A stretch of DNA of 63,995 nucleotides, filler included, from Blastocystis sp. subtype 4 (Eukaryota): the NCBI RefSeq assembly GCF_000743755.1. It is 3 parts of 3 records of this genome, joined end to end, with 100 filler letters (N's around TTAATTAATTAA, not from the genome) between each part and the next. Parts side by side here need not be neighbours in the genome. Positions count along the whole stretch, not along the records: positions 44,755 to 63,995 come from NW_014569336.1; 2 more parts are not named here. One strand, written 5' to 3'. Position 1 is the stretch's first letter. Each line of letters starts with the position of its first letter. A program made the translations under genes and the position numbers. The notes under the pieces were generated by a model. That model saw nothing but the letters and a program-made list of their open reading frames with translations. It was not told the origin of the DNA and searched no databases. Of the stretch, positions 62,377 through 63,995 are shown piece by piece.

Positions 62377-63995
62377 TCATCTTTGGAAACCATCATCATC
62401 ATTAAGATGTGTTTCAGAAACGATAATATAACTATGAAATAAAGATATATTCCAATACCAACATAATGGAATCAGACCAATCCAGGATAATCCTTCAATA
62501 ATAGATGAAAAGAGAAAGGAAATAATCTTATCAACAGTGCTCGTTGACTTCATTCCATTCATCACATCAATTTCCTCATTTGTTGCAGCAATCTGTATCA
62601 CATACCCTATATAATCCTACCATTTGATTAATGGAACGTGTTCGATTATTCACTTCCTTATCAAATCGCATTCCCAATCTCCGATTCAATTCGGTTCGAT
62701 CAATTGTATCCTTCTTATCGATATCATCCAGTCTACCTATCACTCACAACAAGTATCCTTACAATGCAACAACTGGTTGATGATCCTGAAAACGATTCAC
62801 ACAGGCATTGTAAACCTCATTGTACTCAGTACGGAGATGATGAATTGCTGATGAAATTTCCTGCACATATTGCTCCACGCCTTCAGCTGACTTGTGAGCA
62901 ACCGAATGATTTACAATGACACTCTGAGTTGTCGCCTCACTGTCAATACTCGAAGCCCGTCTCATACGAGCCGGATGACGACCCAAGGCACCCTGAGATT
63001 GTGCCTTCAATTTCGACTTCCCATTCTCTTCTTCTGAATCACTTATTCCCTCTACCGATTCCAAACTCACTCGCTTTCCCACAACTGTGGGAACGCTTTG
63101 TCGTTTTTCCTCAGGATGGTAGTCAACCGTATCGCGATGCTTCACAGAGGATGCCACACTTATATCACTGTTGACAGACATTCCGTGAGACCGCTCTCGA
63201 CCTCGCTGTTCGGTGTGAATGAATTGCGGTATCTCCTCAGTCACGACCGAAGGGGAGGAAGATGAACGTTTCACAGAGTCGTTAGTTGGAGGCGGTTGTG
63301 ATGGTCCTTCCTTTTGTTTATCTGGAGAAGCAGGTTGTTGAGGATTGGCTACCCCTTGAATAGAGAAATTTTTATAGACGGTTGGTTGATGAGGATCAGA
63401 GTCATTTACGGATATTTGAGGGGAAGACATATGAATTGAGGAGGATACTACAGGCTAGAGAATAAATCCAATTCAATTTGGAATACTCGCACATTTTTCT
63501 TTCGCAATTCCACTGTACTCTGAGCATGTTCCATGAAACGTTGCATCTTATCTGTTGGCATTCCATTTTCTATCTATCAGTGGATAATCCTACTTATACT
63601 CTTGACATTAGATTTTCTTAGTACATCCCGTTGTTCATCTCGATCCATTGATTTTGGTCCATTGACTGCTTCTGTAGCTAGATATGATTACAATTAAATG
63701 AATAAACAATTATCCGTAGGAGCTGGCCGTGATTGAGCTGACTACCAATAACATGTTCCAAACACTCTCACTCGGCTATACCGAATGCCTTCCATCACTG
63801 GCCAATAGATTATCAAACAAACAAATAGTAAATGATGTCCTTGGATTCTGAAAGGCAACTTAGTTCTCTTCCTCAGCCTCACTAGCACGCTTCAGGCGAC
63901 GTCCATAGTTACGAGCATCACAACGAGCTTGTCTCAGTCCCATGAAAGCACGCTGCTTCTTCAGTTCAGGAGTCAAACTCATCAGTTCCACCTTA
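62377..63995 (-). CDS. Hypothetical coiled-coil and Ser-rich protein (5' partial)
   Basis: 223-aa exon ORF plus neighbouring minus-strand exons separated by about 30-nt introns; no family recognised. Confidence 0.55.

Overview
This is gene-dense eukaryotic DNA with very short (about 25-35 nt) GT-AG introns and a TGTTTGTT motif at many gene 3' ends. That combination is characteristic of the anaerobic gut stramenopile Blastocystis (inferred from sequence; subtype not determined). The window holds about 43 protein genes, two tRNAs (Leu-CAG, Lys-CTT) and two artificial N-TTAATTAATTAA-N scaffold linkers. The strongest signal: in about ten genes an in-frame T or TG sits exactly 4 nt upstream of TGTTTGTT or a variant, so polyadenylation would complete the stop codon. 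This is known for Blastocystis, but the ORF track misses it. Less-explained items: a candidate H/ACA snoRNA in an unusually long RPL26 intron; a structured RNA candidate between RPS19 and RPS20; an intron-poor surface locus (PA14/Ig adhesin-like protein, cathepsin, fucosyltransferase-like); a triple degenerate GILT protein; a LamG-GH47 fusion; a PHD plus dead-SNF2 protein; an HSP70 without EEVD; and an eL41 gene absent from the ORF track. Gene boundaries were spliced by eye and are approximate.
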